Positions 39,960-53,540 are shown, numbered from the whole stretch's first letter. The stretch: DNA of 63,965 nucleotides, filler included, from Squatina squatina (GCA_031763465.1; 4 parts of 4 records of this genome joined end to end with filler, not necessarily neighbours in it), one strand, 5' to 3'. Numbers and translations: made by a program. The notes: generated by a model from the letters alone, not told the origin.

Positions 39960-40930
39960 CTACAGTTGTGTGTGCAGCCTTTGACAAGGTGCTACATAAT
40001 AGCTTCCTAAATAAGGTTCAGTCCTGTGGGACTAGTGGGAAGATTTGGGGTTGAATAAGGAATTGGTTGCATTCTCATAGACAGAGGATAGGTATTAATG
40101 ATAGAAGTTCTATGTGGGGTCTGGATACTAGTGAAGATCCACAGGAATTTGTTTTGGGACCATTGCTCTTCACCATTATCAAGATCGGCATAAAGGCATT
40201 GAGGAAACTGGTCGCATGTTTGTAGATGATACAAAGGTATGTGAGGGTGTAAGGACTTTGGATGAGAAAAATATATTATAGGCCGATCTAGATGTGATGG
40301 GACAATGGGCCTACATCTGGCGTATGTAATTTAATACAGATAAATGTAGTGTTATGCATATGGTGGGTGATCACCCACCCATTAAATGGTGGATGATAGA
40401 GAGACCCTGGAAAAGGTTCAAAGAAGGACCACTAGAATGATCCCTAGTTGATAAGCCCTTAGTTATGATAAGCTTACAGAGCTGTAGAAAAGCATAGGTT
40501 TCAGTGTGAATTAATTGAAGTATTTAAAATGAAGTATAGACTTGACTGTATTTGTGTGAACAGACTATTTGAACTAGAGAGGTTAGAGAAAATGTGTATA
40601 TGCTATGTAAGCATAGAACTAGGTTAGATGTCAGGAGGTTTTTATTTACACAGAGGGCTATCAGCACTGCAATAAGTTTCCGGTTTGTGTGGTGAATGCA
40701 GATGTGCTGCAACAATTTAAAAGAGGCTGACTGAGTTCCTTGCTGTAGCTAATCTCACTATGTACAAAGAGTGGAAGGGTGGTGGGACATTGGGTGTGTG
40801 GCTCACAGTGACGATCTCCTGAACTGATTTTGAGTGCCTTTGGGTGTGGGAGAGGGATTTACCAGATTTTCTTTTTTCCTGAATTGGCTAGGGTTTTTAA
40901 AATCTGTTTTTTGCCTCTCCCAGGAGATTA
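39960..40930 (+). mobile_element. Very old CR1-like LINE fragment
   Basis: Remnants AFDKV.H, QEFVLGPLLF and FVDDTK are visible in mixed frames. Confidence 0.6.
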
Positions 40931-43900
40931 CACAACAATAACAACATCTTGTATTTANNNNNNNNNNNNNNNNNNNNNNNNNNNNNNNNNNNNNNNNNNN
41001 NNNNNNNNNNNNNNNNNNNNNNNNNNNNNNNNNNNNNNNNNNNNNNNNNNNNNNNNNAGTAGAAGGAAGGGATTTCAGTAAGAGTGATTGGTTAGTGGAA
41101 ACACTATGGGTAGAGTTAAGGAACAGCAAAGGATCCAAGGCTCTACTAAGAGCTGTCTATAGACTCCTTGATGGTTGTATTATAGTGGAATGGGATGTAT
41201 AAATACAGATATCAGGGAAACAAAAATTTTGGGGTGTGCTACGCCTAAATTTGTGGACGTAAATCTGCGGCAATTCCCGGAAACTCTACTGGATGATCTC
41301 TTGCACAGGGGCAGAGGGTTTCAGCAGAGGTACCTCAGAAGCAACACAAACAATTGAGGAAATTCGCACGTAGAGATGTATTGGTGTAAACAGATAAAAA
41401 TCAGTTGCATCTGAAGGTTCTCAGAAAACAATGGCGCAACTTTGTTGTTGAATCATATGCATGCCGCTACACTCCAGGGCATACATAGTTTTTAAGGTAC
41501 GGAAGCACTCCATTCTTTATGGTATTTTTTTTTAAAGTAAAATATTAAGCAATATTGTGAAGAGTATATATTTTAGTAGCTGTCTGGTTTCCAAAGTACC
41601 TCAGCATCAATAAATTGTGCATAAAATGTATTTGTTTTAAGTAATTTTACAATTCAAGCAAGATCAGGTGGAAACTAAATAAAACATGAAACAGATATAT
41701 ATTTTAACAAATTTAATTATGAAAAGATGCCAGTTTCTTTGATTTATATACAGCATAATACTGGGTATGTTGTTTTATTACTTGCAGTGCAGGTTTTAAA
41801 GAAAGAAATTAGCACTTCATAGCAGTGCTAGGACTGTAATGGGCTATGCAGAACGTATTATTACAACTCTTTCATCTGGCTTTACCTTTGACGCAACATG
41901 AACAAACATCACAGATTAAAGCAATGCAAAAGGAAATTAAATATGTTTAAGCTAAAACTTAGGATTCTTTTTTTATTTTGAAGTACGATACATGATTAAA
42001 CAATCTGAAGAAAAACTTTAATAAATGGGTTTAAAAAATAATCAGGCGGATAGAGAAGGATTTGGATGAACTAAAGGTTTACCTAATTCTAACTATGCAG
42101 ACAAGGGCATAACAAATGAAATGGAAATCAAAGCCAAAATACCGTACTAAACCACAAAGGAATATGTTGCAGCTGAAACATTATTTGAAGCATTATGAAT
42201 ATTTCTCATCAAAGGACTGAGGATTTAAATATGCCCACAGAGCCTTTCTTCTTGAGCACCAAATTAACCTTGAACTTTCAAACACTGATAATATTTTTGA
42301 ATTATCTAAAAACCACCTCAAAACAGATTTTCTCAAAATTAATGGCACAGAATAATATGAATTAAACTAATGTGTAAAACTGCTTGATATCCCCTGCTCA
42401 AACCATTTTCTAACCATTAGAATCCTTTTGTATTGGTACCAGAATGGTACAGATACTTTATTTGCAGAGCAAACTGCCAGTGATACAGTAGACTGCTGAA
42501 TTTTCCAGCTCTAACCCACAATTCAGGTCACATTCAGTACTCGAGATGTTTTCCATAAGGTTTCATTTTTCAGATGGTTATTGGTAATGATGGATGACAC
42601 ACCTTGCCCGTAAACAAAAACTAACCAGAATCCAGTTCACTCACAAAACTCTTCCGCAACACACTAACTCATGAGTTATTTACTAGCACTTGCTAGCATA
42701 ATTTTGTTTGGACTAGCAAACAGTTTCCTAATTTTCGACTGCTTGTAAAGCACATTTGGACTACCATTATCTTGATTTTGGCTAGTAAAATATTATCAGG
42801 CCAAAGAGAACCTTGCGTTATTGTTCCCTCATTTCCCACATTTCTGGATTATCAGTTACATGTGTAGAAGATTTGTGATTCTGCTATTTGTACCTTATTA
42901 GGAAAATTGATTTCTTTACTTTGTTTTATTTAAAAAATGTATATATTTTTAGTGCCTGTGTGTTTTGGGGGGTTATCCCCATTCATACTAATAACTCATC
43001 ATTAGTATGAATGAGAATTCACTTACCTTGATTGGTTGGGCCCACCCACGTGATCCTATCTACGTCTGCGAACTGCAACCCCAAATCACTTGTTTAAAAA
43101 ACATAGAAACTCGACAGATGTAACAGAAATAAAATTTGTGCAAAAGGGACAAATTTGCAGGAACCTTTTAAATCAAAATCACAGACAGCAGCCTCATGGA
43201 AACATTAGCCGAGATTTTTCAATCATCCAAAAATGACTAACCTGGCCATTGAAAGGATGCCAGTTGGAAAATCTAGGTCTTGAGGCTAAACTATGGTAAG
43301 CCATCTTTGCCATATTTTTCCAGCTGGACACCATGCTCAAATTTACCCTGAGGATTCCATGACTTTCTTTATTATGAATTTAACAATTAGTGCACTGGGG
43401 TAACTATAAAATTTTCAGGCAACTGAAGCTGGGTCAGTGCTAATATTGAAACCGTTTACTGAAACAAGAATTTCATTTGATTATTTTAATAATATGAATG
43501 CAATGGTTCCCTTGCATAATTATTTATGGCTATCAGATATATTGTACTCTCACTTGGTTACGTACCTCATTTGATAGACTTGTTGCAGCTAAACCACAAA
43601 TGGATGAATCACACCCCATCGACACAAGTTTCATAATAAATAAAGGACTTAATAGTTGCATAGGCCTTAAATTAAATCGTCACCCCTTATTAGGGCAAGT
43701 GATTTGTTACTGTTCAGGTCTGCTCAGAAACTGCCTTTTTACTGGGGCTTTTTACAAGAAGTGTGATACACGGACAGCAAATCACGCCGTAAGCAGTAAC
43801 TGTAGAAAATTACTAGGTATCTCATCACAATGAATCACTTGCCTTAGCCAATAATTATAGCTCCTTATCAATGTTCAGTGAACTATGGGCTCATGCTTTA

Positions 43901-43986
43901 TATGTTTTGATGATTATTGTGCTGAGCTTAGAGCATTTGGCCCAGATTTTCATGCAACAGTGATGTAAATTTAGTTTTCTAATGCA

Positions 43987-44102
43987 CCATAGAAACAGAA
44001 AATAGGAGCAGGAGTAGGCCATTCGGCCATTCGAGCCTGCTCCACCATGTAATACGATCATGGCTGATCCTCTAGCTCAATTCCATGTTCCCTCTGTCTC
44101 CC
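43987..44102 (-). mobile_element. CR1 3' tail
   Basis: catagaaacagaaaataggagcaggagtaggccatt, as at 17757 and 21175. Confidence 0.85.
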
Positions 44103-44999
44103 NNNNNNNNNNNNNNNNNNNNNNNNNNNNNNNNNNNNNNNNNNNNNNNNNNNNNNNNNNNNNNNNNNNNNNNNNNNNNNNNNNNNNNNNNNNNNNNNNN
44201 NNGCTGTCATTTCCTTTTAAAAAAAACCTGACACAGATCAATACATTTCATGGGAAGTAATAATCAGACCTATTAAGTGACAAAGGTTTATTCTGTAACA
44301 GCTGTGCTGGTGGGATAGGAGAGCTTGTCTGACTAATGAATCGTGAAACAATCAGGCAATAGCCATTTGTGTTTAGATCTGTAAATATGGTCTGGTTCAA
44401 GTGCCAGACCATTGCTGGCACTCCAGCTGGGGGCACAGATGGTTGGCATTCAAAGCTGTAGACGAACAGTTTTTTTTCAGTTCCATGCTGCACCACTGAA
44501 AGTAACAACTTTTGTCTTCTCAAAGTTATTTTCTAAACAGACGGAAAAATGATGAACAGGAGGCAATGGACATCTTTTCCACCTAAAAATAGCCTTTGTG
44601 TCATATATACCATTATAACAATGTAGTGCGACTGACAGTCAAATCCATTTCAAAAATAGATATGTGGTTAAATGTTATACGCTACAGGTTGGTGCCCCTT
44701 CATGTTCAGAAAGAAGTAGGAGGTTATATGTATAAACTTAGCATAGCTTAAAGTATATCCAATTAAAATATTACACAATCCTCAAAAGATTTTTTTAAAT
44801 TCTCATGGGAGCCTGTACAACAACTTATAAGAAAACCCTAGTGTGTATTTGAAGTTCAGTAAGAGTTTGATGAGGATATCCCATATTGTGAACAAACCAN
44901 NNNNNNNNNNNNNNNNNNNNNNNNNNNNNNNNNNNNNNNNNNNNNNNNNNNNNNNNNNNNNNNNNNNNNNNNNNNNNNNNNNNNNNNNNNNNNNNNNNN

Positions 45000-45931
45000 T
45001 CCCAAGTGGTGCAACCCCTGTGGCTTCAGCAGGTAGAGGCAGGCTGCTCTGATCCCTGCTCTGAATGCGGAGATGCTCTTGGTCGATGCCCTCTGCATTT
45101 TGGAGCTAGTGAGGGCCCCACCAAAGACTGCTCCACATGCACCTGTGCAGGGGCATACTCAGCCATCAGGACACAAGACAGCATGTGGGTTACTGACCTT
45201 GAGGTAGGCTGCGGGTGAGCACTCGAAGCCCTGTGAGTGGAGTCCCCACTTCCATGATCCCTTTCATCCATCATCCCTTTCATGGCCCTCAACACTTCAC
45301 TGTTACCACTGTGCTGGAGAACACTTTGGTGCAAATCAGTGCGGCCCTGTAAGGCCAAGGCTAAGATATCTGTTAGCCTATTTAAGGTGGCCGATGTGTT
45401 GGCATCCAGACTCTGCATGGTGGTGTTGAAGGTATGGATGCGCTGGCCACTCTATCCATGGAAGAACACATCATCTCAGTAGCCTGTGATATCACCTTCT
45501 CATGTTTGAGGTGGACTCCTGCAATCATGTGAATTCCACTTTAAAGGCCTGTCAGTGCATCGCACCTTGTCTGCAGCTGCACAAAGATTCTCCTCTTCAT
45601 CGATGGCTACTCAAGGTACGGCATCTGTTTCCATCTGAGCGGAGCTTGGAAAGGGCTACACCCTCCGACATGGACTATCCATTGCTCTCCCTATCTCCAC
45701 CATCTTTTCTTGCTCACTTGTGAAGTGTAGGTCACCAGGTGAAAACCCAACTATCTGCCTTACTGGTCCCACTGAAGTGAGTATCTGAGCTGGTGTGTGA
45801 TCTGCATGAATCCTGTGATGGTACACCCTCAGAAGGACTCCGCTCCTCTGAGGAATCATCATCGGCTACCTCCACCGACTGCTCTGCATGCGTGAAGGAG
45901 ATAAAAGACATGAATTAGTCCTGGAAGGTAT
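45000..45931 (-). mobile_element. Probable decayed DNA-transposon coding remnant (Harbinger Myb-gene C-terminal region?)
   Basis: GC-richer, coding-like block with broken - strand ORFs. No diagnostic motif; assigned by context with 49488-49800 and 52840-53540. Confidence 0.35.
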
Positions 45932-47909
45932 NNNNNNNNNNNNNNNNNNNNNNNNNNNNNNNNNNNNNNNNNNNNNNNNNNNNNNNNNNNNNNNNNNNNN
46001 NNNNNNNNNNNNNNNNNNNNNNNNNNNNNNNGAATATGATAAGACTTTTAAGACACCAACATTTGTGAACTTTGTACATAATGCATTGAATATCACCTTT
46101 TTCAGTCACACAAAGAATGGTTTATTTTCTGAAGAATGATCACAGTACAACAGCTAGAGCAGTCTCCTCTTTCACTGATAGTTCAATAAATAAATTAGGA
46201 ACTGACTCTAAAACAAAAATCTGCACTAATACATTCTTATATGAATGACATATTAACATTGGCCAATAAGGTTAAATTACCACCGTGAACTGTCCTGTTA
46301 TTAAATAAGTATGGTTATCAAGTGGAATTTTGGAAGCGGCAGAAAAAGGCATAAAATGAGCGGCTGAGAAGTGAATGGAAATGATTGACTGTCTTTCTAA
46401 TAATTATTACATTAAAATATAAGTAATCTTTCCATTCATGCTATAGCAGGCGCTGAAACATAATGCTGTACAATATCTATTAGATCAGACTTTATTTTAA
46501 CCTTGAGTATACCTTGAGTATAATAGAAGAGGAAAAATAAATAATGCGGAGGTCTCAGTGGCACACCAATTTAAGTTTATAACGTTTCTAGCTGTTTTAC
46601 ATAATTTGTACAAGGTTTTAAATCCACTCACCCAAACTTCAGTGATACCTAACATCCAATTCATTTAGCGGATTAATTAAAATATTCCTGATCATAGCCG
46701 CAAAGACAAAAAGCTGGATCTTCTTCGTTCTTAATGCTGTTGTGCGCAGTAAAAAAATAATTAATTCTGGGAATCATTTAATACAGCATCGTTTCAGTTT
46801 GTAAAGTTATTAGCCTGAATATTTTTAGACAAAATGTAGATAATAACCGGAACACAAAACCAATTTTATTAATGCTATTCTCAGAATAAATTAGAAAATG
46901 TTAACCGTGTCCTATTGTGTGAGGTGNNNNNNNNNNNNNNNNNNNNNNNNNNNNNNNNNNNNNNNNNNNNNNNNNNNNNNNNNNNNNNNNNNNNNNNNNN
47001 NNNNNNNNNNNNNNNNNNNNNNNNNNNNNNNNNNNNNNNNNNNNNNNNNNNNNNNNNNNNNNNNNNTGAGTCGGTAAGTGACTTGACCACTGTTATTATC
47101 TGCATGAGTGACTAGGACCGAGGTTTCAGATGTGAGCGCAAAGCAACTCATTGTAAATGTGTGCATTGATCATTTTTAATCAGACCAAAAGGTCAGGGTG
47201 TAAAAAGACAGGGATCTGTGAAAGGCTGACAAATGAACCAGTTGAGCTGAGGGGTATTAATGTAATATGCAGACAGAATGAAATGCTCATTTTCTTACAG
47301 TTGTCAGTTTTCTATCCTGTGGCATGGGGATGAAGATGATTATGATACGGGAGAATATGGGTTTAATCCTTTCAGTCTTCCAAAGGAAGTATCATATTGC
47401 ACCTCCTACCAAAATATGCTGTTGAATATTTTATTCAAAATCCATTGTAGAATTATGTGGGCTTGAAACACATATTTGGGGGATTTTTGATATTGGAATG
47501 TGTGTGATTGCCCTCTTGATTAATATGAATGCTAACATTTTATATGAAACAATTCAGTCTTTTTCAGGTGTTGGGCTATATAATCATTTCTAGTAATATG
47601 CCCTTTTGCACACTTTATAGTTGTAAACTGTACATGCAATACAAAATTCTACGGCTACAGCGTAGGTTCTACTTTGAATAGGGAACAGAGAGCTGATTAA
47701 AATAGAAGAGTTCCTGATAGCTGTTTATAGCAAAATTAGAAATGCTTAGAAATAATGTTTATAATTTTGATACAAGTAACAGGAAATTTTACTCCCAACT
47801 GTGTTGATAAAAAACTTTAATCATCCTGAAATCTGTTATTCCAGTAGTTAACACCATTTGGAAATACACTAAAGACATCAGATGGTTTGAGATAAATTAT
47901 CTTTTATCA

Positions 47910-48492
47910 TGAGTGTCAGCTGTGGCTCAGTGGGTAGCATTCTCGCCTCTGAATTGGAAAATTGTGGGTTCATATCCCCACTCCAGCACAAAATCTAGGC
48001 TGACACTCCAGTGCAGTGCTGTGTATATAAGGCTCAATTGAATTAGATTATTTCCAGTTGTACAGATTGAAATGTTTGAAGACTGTATTTGTTTGAGGAC
48101 CATGCACGGTACCATTTCATTTTGACTGCTGTGTGATTTATGTCTTTTTTTGTGCTGAGGGAGTGCTGCACTGTCGGAGGTGCCGTCTTTCGTTAAAGAC
48201 AGGCCTGGTNNNNNNNNNNGATGTAAAAGATTGCATAGCACAATTTTGAAAAAGAGCAGGGGAATTATCCCTGGTGTCCTGGCCAATATTTATCCCTCAA
48301 TCAAAGTAACAAAAACAGATTATCTGGTCATTATCACATTGCTGTTAGTGGGAGCTTGCTGTGCACAAATTGGCAGCTGCATTTCCTACATTACAACAGT
48401 GACTACACTTCAAAAAGTACTTCATTGGCTGTTATGCACTTTGAGATGTCTGATGGCTGTGAAAGGCGCTATATAAATGCAAGTCTTTCTTA
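47910..48492 (+). mobile_element. Near full-length Deu-domain SINE (SacSINE1-like) with an internal insertion
   Basis: tRNA-like head (tggctcagtggg A-box, gggttcatatcccc B-box), central gggagcttgctgtgcacaaattggcagctg and L2-type tail aaggcgctatataaatgcaagtctt. Confidence 0.75.
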
Positions 48493-49487
48493 CATGTAAT
48501 TTTTAATTGATTTTTCTCANNNNNNNNNNNNNNNNNNNNNNNNNNNNNNNNNNNNNNNNNNNNNNNNNNNNNNNNNNNNNNNNNNNNNNNNNNNNNNNNN
48601 NNNNNNNNNNNNNNNNNNNCATGTGGTCAGGACATGCTAGGTACAGAAATATACATGGGCCAGTTTTATGATCCATCAGAAAGTATTGATCTGGACTAAC
48701 CTGATATTCATTTTATTCATTTTCTACACTAAAACTGGCAAAAACTACTAACGTGTACCAGAGTTGGGGGGGAAAAAACCCACCATGTGATTGAAAATGT
48801 GCTGTGCGGTATTCGTAAAAAACATGTTACTGCATTTGTATGAAATTCCTTTCTCTGCTATTTAAACAAAGAACTTAACCCATTTAATTTAAGTAAGCCG
48901 TCAATAAAATGGTAGACAGAGGAATTTCATTAAATGTTAACATGTTTATTACTTACATTGTACAGTAAATTTCCAACCCATGTTTATAAGTGCAATGTAT
49001 TCAAATAACTCGATATTTGGATTAACTTGCTATGAAACCAAACTTGTAATTCAGGTCTGAACTAGTAAATAAATTGCTAGACCTGAAGGTGTGAGGATAT
49101 AAATGTATTTTATATATATTTTTCAATGTATTAGTAAGAAAGATTACATTTACCTCAATTTTAATGGTCAGAATTACCAGGCTCCATTTTTACTCCTGTT
49201 CTCCACTATTTTTCTCTCTCTCTCTCTTTGCCAATCTCTCCAGCTCTATTTTTACATCAAACTGTCAGAGTATTGCCTGCCAGAACGTCAAGATGGCTAT
49301 AGAGCCCTCCAGCCAATCAGACAGCTTGGCACACACCAGAGAGCCCTGGCCAGCTGATCTCCGTTTATACCTCCTTCATCTGCTCCTNNNNNNNNNNNNN
49401 NNNNNNNNNNNNNNNNNNNNNNNNNNNNNNNNNNNNNNNNNNNNNNNNNNNNNNNNNNNNNNNNNNNNNNNNNNNNNNNNNNNNNNN

Positions 49488-49800
49488 TCCAAGATGTGGG
49501 CACAATGCTCCTGCTGCTCACCTCAGCTACCTCCAACCACATCTTCTTGGTGAGCGCAGCACATTTGTTCCTCTCATTGCTGGGGAAAGGTACGTCCTTC
49601 CTGCTCCCGACTGCACCCAGCAGTAATTCCAGCGATGCCTCATTGAATCTAGGTGTTGCCCTTGCTTTATGTCCATCCTCAATCCTGAACACCTTGAATT
49701 TCCATTTGTGCACTGTCCCTTTAAATGTAGCTGAAATCGCGCCATGTGGGTGTGTGCATTACACCTGCTGCGCAGCTTGGAGGCACAAAACCCGGAAGTC
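49488..49800 (-). mobile_element. PIF/Harbinger-type Myb/SANT gene remnant
   Basis: RATPRFNEASLELLLGAVGSRKDVPFPS...TKKMWLEVAEVSSR has the Myb/SANT-like (MSANTD/NAIF1-type) helix pattern. Confidence 0.6.
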
Positions 49801-51437
49801 AAAATGAATTGGTACAATTGAGTTGAGATCCGACCAACTCATTTAACCTCTGGGTTCCCAATGAGAAAAATGGGCCTATCCAAATACATGTGGAGAACAA
49901 ATAAGGAAGAATCATTTTGATAAACAATCCTACAAGGTTACGAATCAGATCGATGAAATTATACAAATCAGAAAGTTGAACCAATTGCCTATTGTCACTC
50001 AAAAGCGGCAATGATTATATCCCAATCATTAATCTTTTGCCTTCTACAATAAACAAAATAATGGATGTTTAGAAACAATTACAATAATCTTATCAAAGGA
50101 TGTAGATTTTCACACAAAGTATCAGGGCATCGTTAACCCCTTGAAGGGATTACATTCGTCCCAGGTATCTAATTCACTCTATAAACCANNNNNNNNNNNN
50201 NNNNNNNNNNNNNNNNNNNNNNNNNNNNNNNNNNNNNNNNNNNNNNNNNNNNNNNNNNNNNNNNNNNNNNNNNNNNNNNNNNNNNNNNATTGTTTTTGCA
50301 CTGCTGATAGACCCTGAGACAGCCCACTAATGTACGGATTGTCTAAGTGTTAATTGTGTCTGTAAAATTCAAGTGAAATGACAGCAGTTTGAGGAGTAAT
50401 TCGGTCTTCTGCAGCTGCAGCTGGTGGCTAGTTTAATGCTGTAATTGATAGATTCTGCCAGTCACCAGTGGGCTGTAAATTAATATCTAGATTATCATCA
50501 TTAGGGGTCATAAGAACACATTTTGAATCTTACCTCAACTAAAGTTGGTGTTTTGCTCTGACTTTCTGTAAGAAGATATAAGTAAATGTTCCTTTTGCAT
50601 CCTGTACATTCCTATGTTCCTAATCAGAAGTTGTCTGGCCACTGCAAGGTTGGAAATTTTCAGCTATCGGGCTACTCCACTTCAACATTCATATCGCGCT
50701 CCTTCTCGTGCCCAAAACTGGACTCCCGAGGGATGAATTTCAGCAGGTCGTTCTCCCAACTCAGCTGCTGCACCTTCAGTACCAGTGCCATGTAACTCTC
50801 GGAAAAACACCATTAACTCCGATGATGCCATTTTCAAGATGTTTCCACGGCTCTTCCAATGAAATTATGGCAGATGAGCGGGAGAACCTCTGCGTACATT
50901 CATCCCCACTGTAGTTGCAACACTGGAAGCGATGGGTTCTTTATCTCATAGTGTTACTAGAAACGTTTCTCTTTGCTAGTCGACGATGGCATTGCATCTA
51001 GAAAAAGTGTCACCTTCAAGTGAAGCGAGGCTAGAGGGCAGGGGCAAAATAAAGAGTAATGCATGCTAACATAATTCAGTCTTCATTTTAAAGTCACACA
51101 TGCTGTTCCTATTTTTGTATTCCATTTTAAATTCCATGTCCACATTATCAATGGAGGCTGCCCATGTAAAACTGGTCATGCTGTCATTACACATTCCCCA
51201 GTGTCACCACAGGCAGGAAGGGGTAATGACAGAATGACAAGTTTAAATCGACTGTTTCTATTAAAAATCTTGATGTATAAAAAATTATGGAAAAATTTGA
51301 CAAGAAATGTATGCCGATGTAAGTTTTAATATAACTACAGATCGTATGTATTATTGAAATCAAGACTCACTGCCACCTCTCCCACCCTAAGTCAATATTT
51401 CCTAAAACGTCAGAACTATACAACTGCTTACCCTGGC

Positions 51438-51559
51438 CCGCAGATTAATGATACTGGGGCTAAAAGGGTTAAATTATGAGGACAGGTCACACAGACTGGG
51501 CCTGTATTCCCTTGAGTTTAGAAGATTAAGGGGTTATCTAATCGAGGTGTTTGAGATGA
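51438..51559 (+). mobile_element. CR1 ORF2 3' fragment
   Basis: GLKGLNYEDRSHRLGLYSLEFRRLRGYLIEVF. Confidence 0.8.
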
Positions 51560-51659
51560 NNNNNNNNNNNNNNNNNNNNNNNNNNNNNNNNNNNNNNNNN
51601 NNNTTAATTAATTAANNNNNNNNNNNNNNNNNNNNNNNNNNNNNNNNNNNNNNNNNNNN
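51560..51659. other. Artificial scaffold spacer N44-TTAATTAATTAA-N44
   Basis: Same layout as the other two spacers. Confidence 0.95.
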
Positions 51660-52839
51660 GAGGTACAGATCAGCCATGATCTTATTGAATGGCGGAACAG
51701 GCTCAAGGCTCTTTTCCTATATTGTATTAAAAAGACATAATCATATTGCAAAATTAAACCAGTTGGATGTAAATTACCACTTATTGGCAGTAAGTTGTTA
51801 ATATTAATTTACACTTTGTGAACTGTGAAAGGGTTACCTATTTTTATGGGCAGTGCAATAAATGTGTCTTACAGGAAACTAGAGCCACTATTATGAAACC
51901 ATCTGAGCCTGCTGACCCAGGACTGACTTTTACTCTGCTGCATCAGAAACTGTCATTTTCTGATTCTTGTGACCTTTAACTGTTCCAGTCAATAAGCTAA
52001 CCTTTTCTAAACTGAGAGTTCACCTTTAGGTGTATTCCCACTTGTTCTATTAACCAGCATTTCAGTTTAAAAAAAGGGCCTCCGGTGAATGGCTTCAATA
52101 TTGGAGGAGAGAATGGTTGAGAAAAGCAGTCACTGTGTCGGCCACCCAGAGACAATATATAAAATATATAGAAGACTTACTACAGATGGAGATCTCCAAC
52201 CAGCAGGCTCAGTTCCCTAGATAAGGCCAGGGATTCCCTGGTGAGCAAAATATTCCCAGTGCTTGATTTCGCCACCAGTGAGTGTATAGAGAAATGTCCC
52301 NNNNNNNNNNNNNNNNNNNNNNNNNNNNNNNNNNNNNNNNNNNNNNNNNNNNNNNNNNNNNNNNNNNNNNNNNNNNNNNNNNNNNNNNNNNNNNNNNNNN
52401 CATAATTACTTGACGGAAATAAAATCACATAAAGATTTATATCCTCATCGAGTAATAGCACGTCACATCAGTCACATCGATTAAGGAATACAGAATATCC
52501 AAAGTGATAATGGAGGTAGCAAAATAAACTGAGGCAGTCTCATGGTAAATCTATTAAAATAAATGAAAAATGTTACAGTTTGAGTTAGGCCACATTATAA
52601 AATGGTGAAGAATAAGTTGGACAAGTACAGAGCACACACGCTGGCATCTGTACATAGCTGCTATTTAACATATGCAGAATAACTCTACAAGTAAGCAACT
52701 TGCAGCCAAATATTCTAAACATTGATCCTAAACAGCCAGTCTTGGAAAGAACAGGATGTGAGAAATGAGCAGAAGCTGAGACTGTCCTTTGTCATTGCTT
52801 TGGGAGTTGAATATACTGCATTACCCTTTCAACTGAATT

Positions 52840-53540
52840 AGGTCACTGATGGGTCAGTGCATAGCTGGGTACAACAGTGTCATACTATGTATCCAGTGCC
52901 GCAAGAAGTTTAATGACCTCACATGGCAGGTCAAGTTGAGGGAAAGCTTCAGCAAATGCCATATCCCACCATCCGCACCACAAGCCTCACACACTACTCA
53001 AAGGACCACACCCCCATCACTCACCTACCAACAATCGCTGCCTATCACCACTCACACCTCACAATCAGAGCTTCACTTCACCCTCACAACCTTAACACTG
53101 TTGCAACACTCAAAACCACATCTCACACCTTGCACACACTGACAGCTATTCAACAATGGTCAGCACATCACCCAAACACACTGCACCACACTCACTGATA
53201 TGCGTCCCTTTCTCTTGCAGGCCAAGGTGGCTCACAACCACCATGAGCTGTGGCAGACGGGCTTAAGCCAACTGGAGGATACAGTGCTGGACATCATTGG
53301 AGGGGAAGCCACTGAGGCCGTGATAACGGGTGAAGTTAAAGTTCTTGGGAACAATAATGGTATGGTTATTCCTGATCCTTCTTCTCACATCCCACTTCCC
53401 CCTTATCCCACAATCTCTTCTCACTTAAAAGCTGCTGATGGTGTATACATGGAGATCTTGCTTCCCCCCCACACTTCTCCCCACCCCCAACCTTTGTGCC
53501 TTTCTCCTTTCAGATCCCCAAGAAGTCACACCAGCCCAAC
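52840..53540 (+). mobile_element. Harbinger-type Myb/SANT gene remnant with intron-like structure
   Basis: IQCRKKFNDL is the third-helix motif. A CA-rich spacer follows, then acceptor tttctcttgcag|GCC AAG GTG GCT CAC AAC. Confidence 0.55.

Noticed and set aside
47301-47390. Possible exon CQFSILWHGDEDDYDTGEYGFNPFSLPKE after ttttcttacag
   Set aside because: Weak donor and unrecognised peptide; unsupported without RNA data.
47915-47990. tRNA-like sequence (also at 3665 and 11750)
   Set aside because: These are SINE heads continuous with SINE bodies; no full cloverleaf.
51438-51720. CR1 appearing to continue across the third spacer
   Set aside because: Contig ends commonly fall in this abundant repeat, so it does not show that segments C and D are adjacent.
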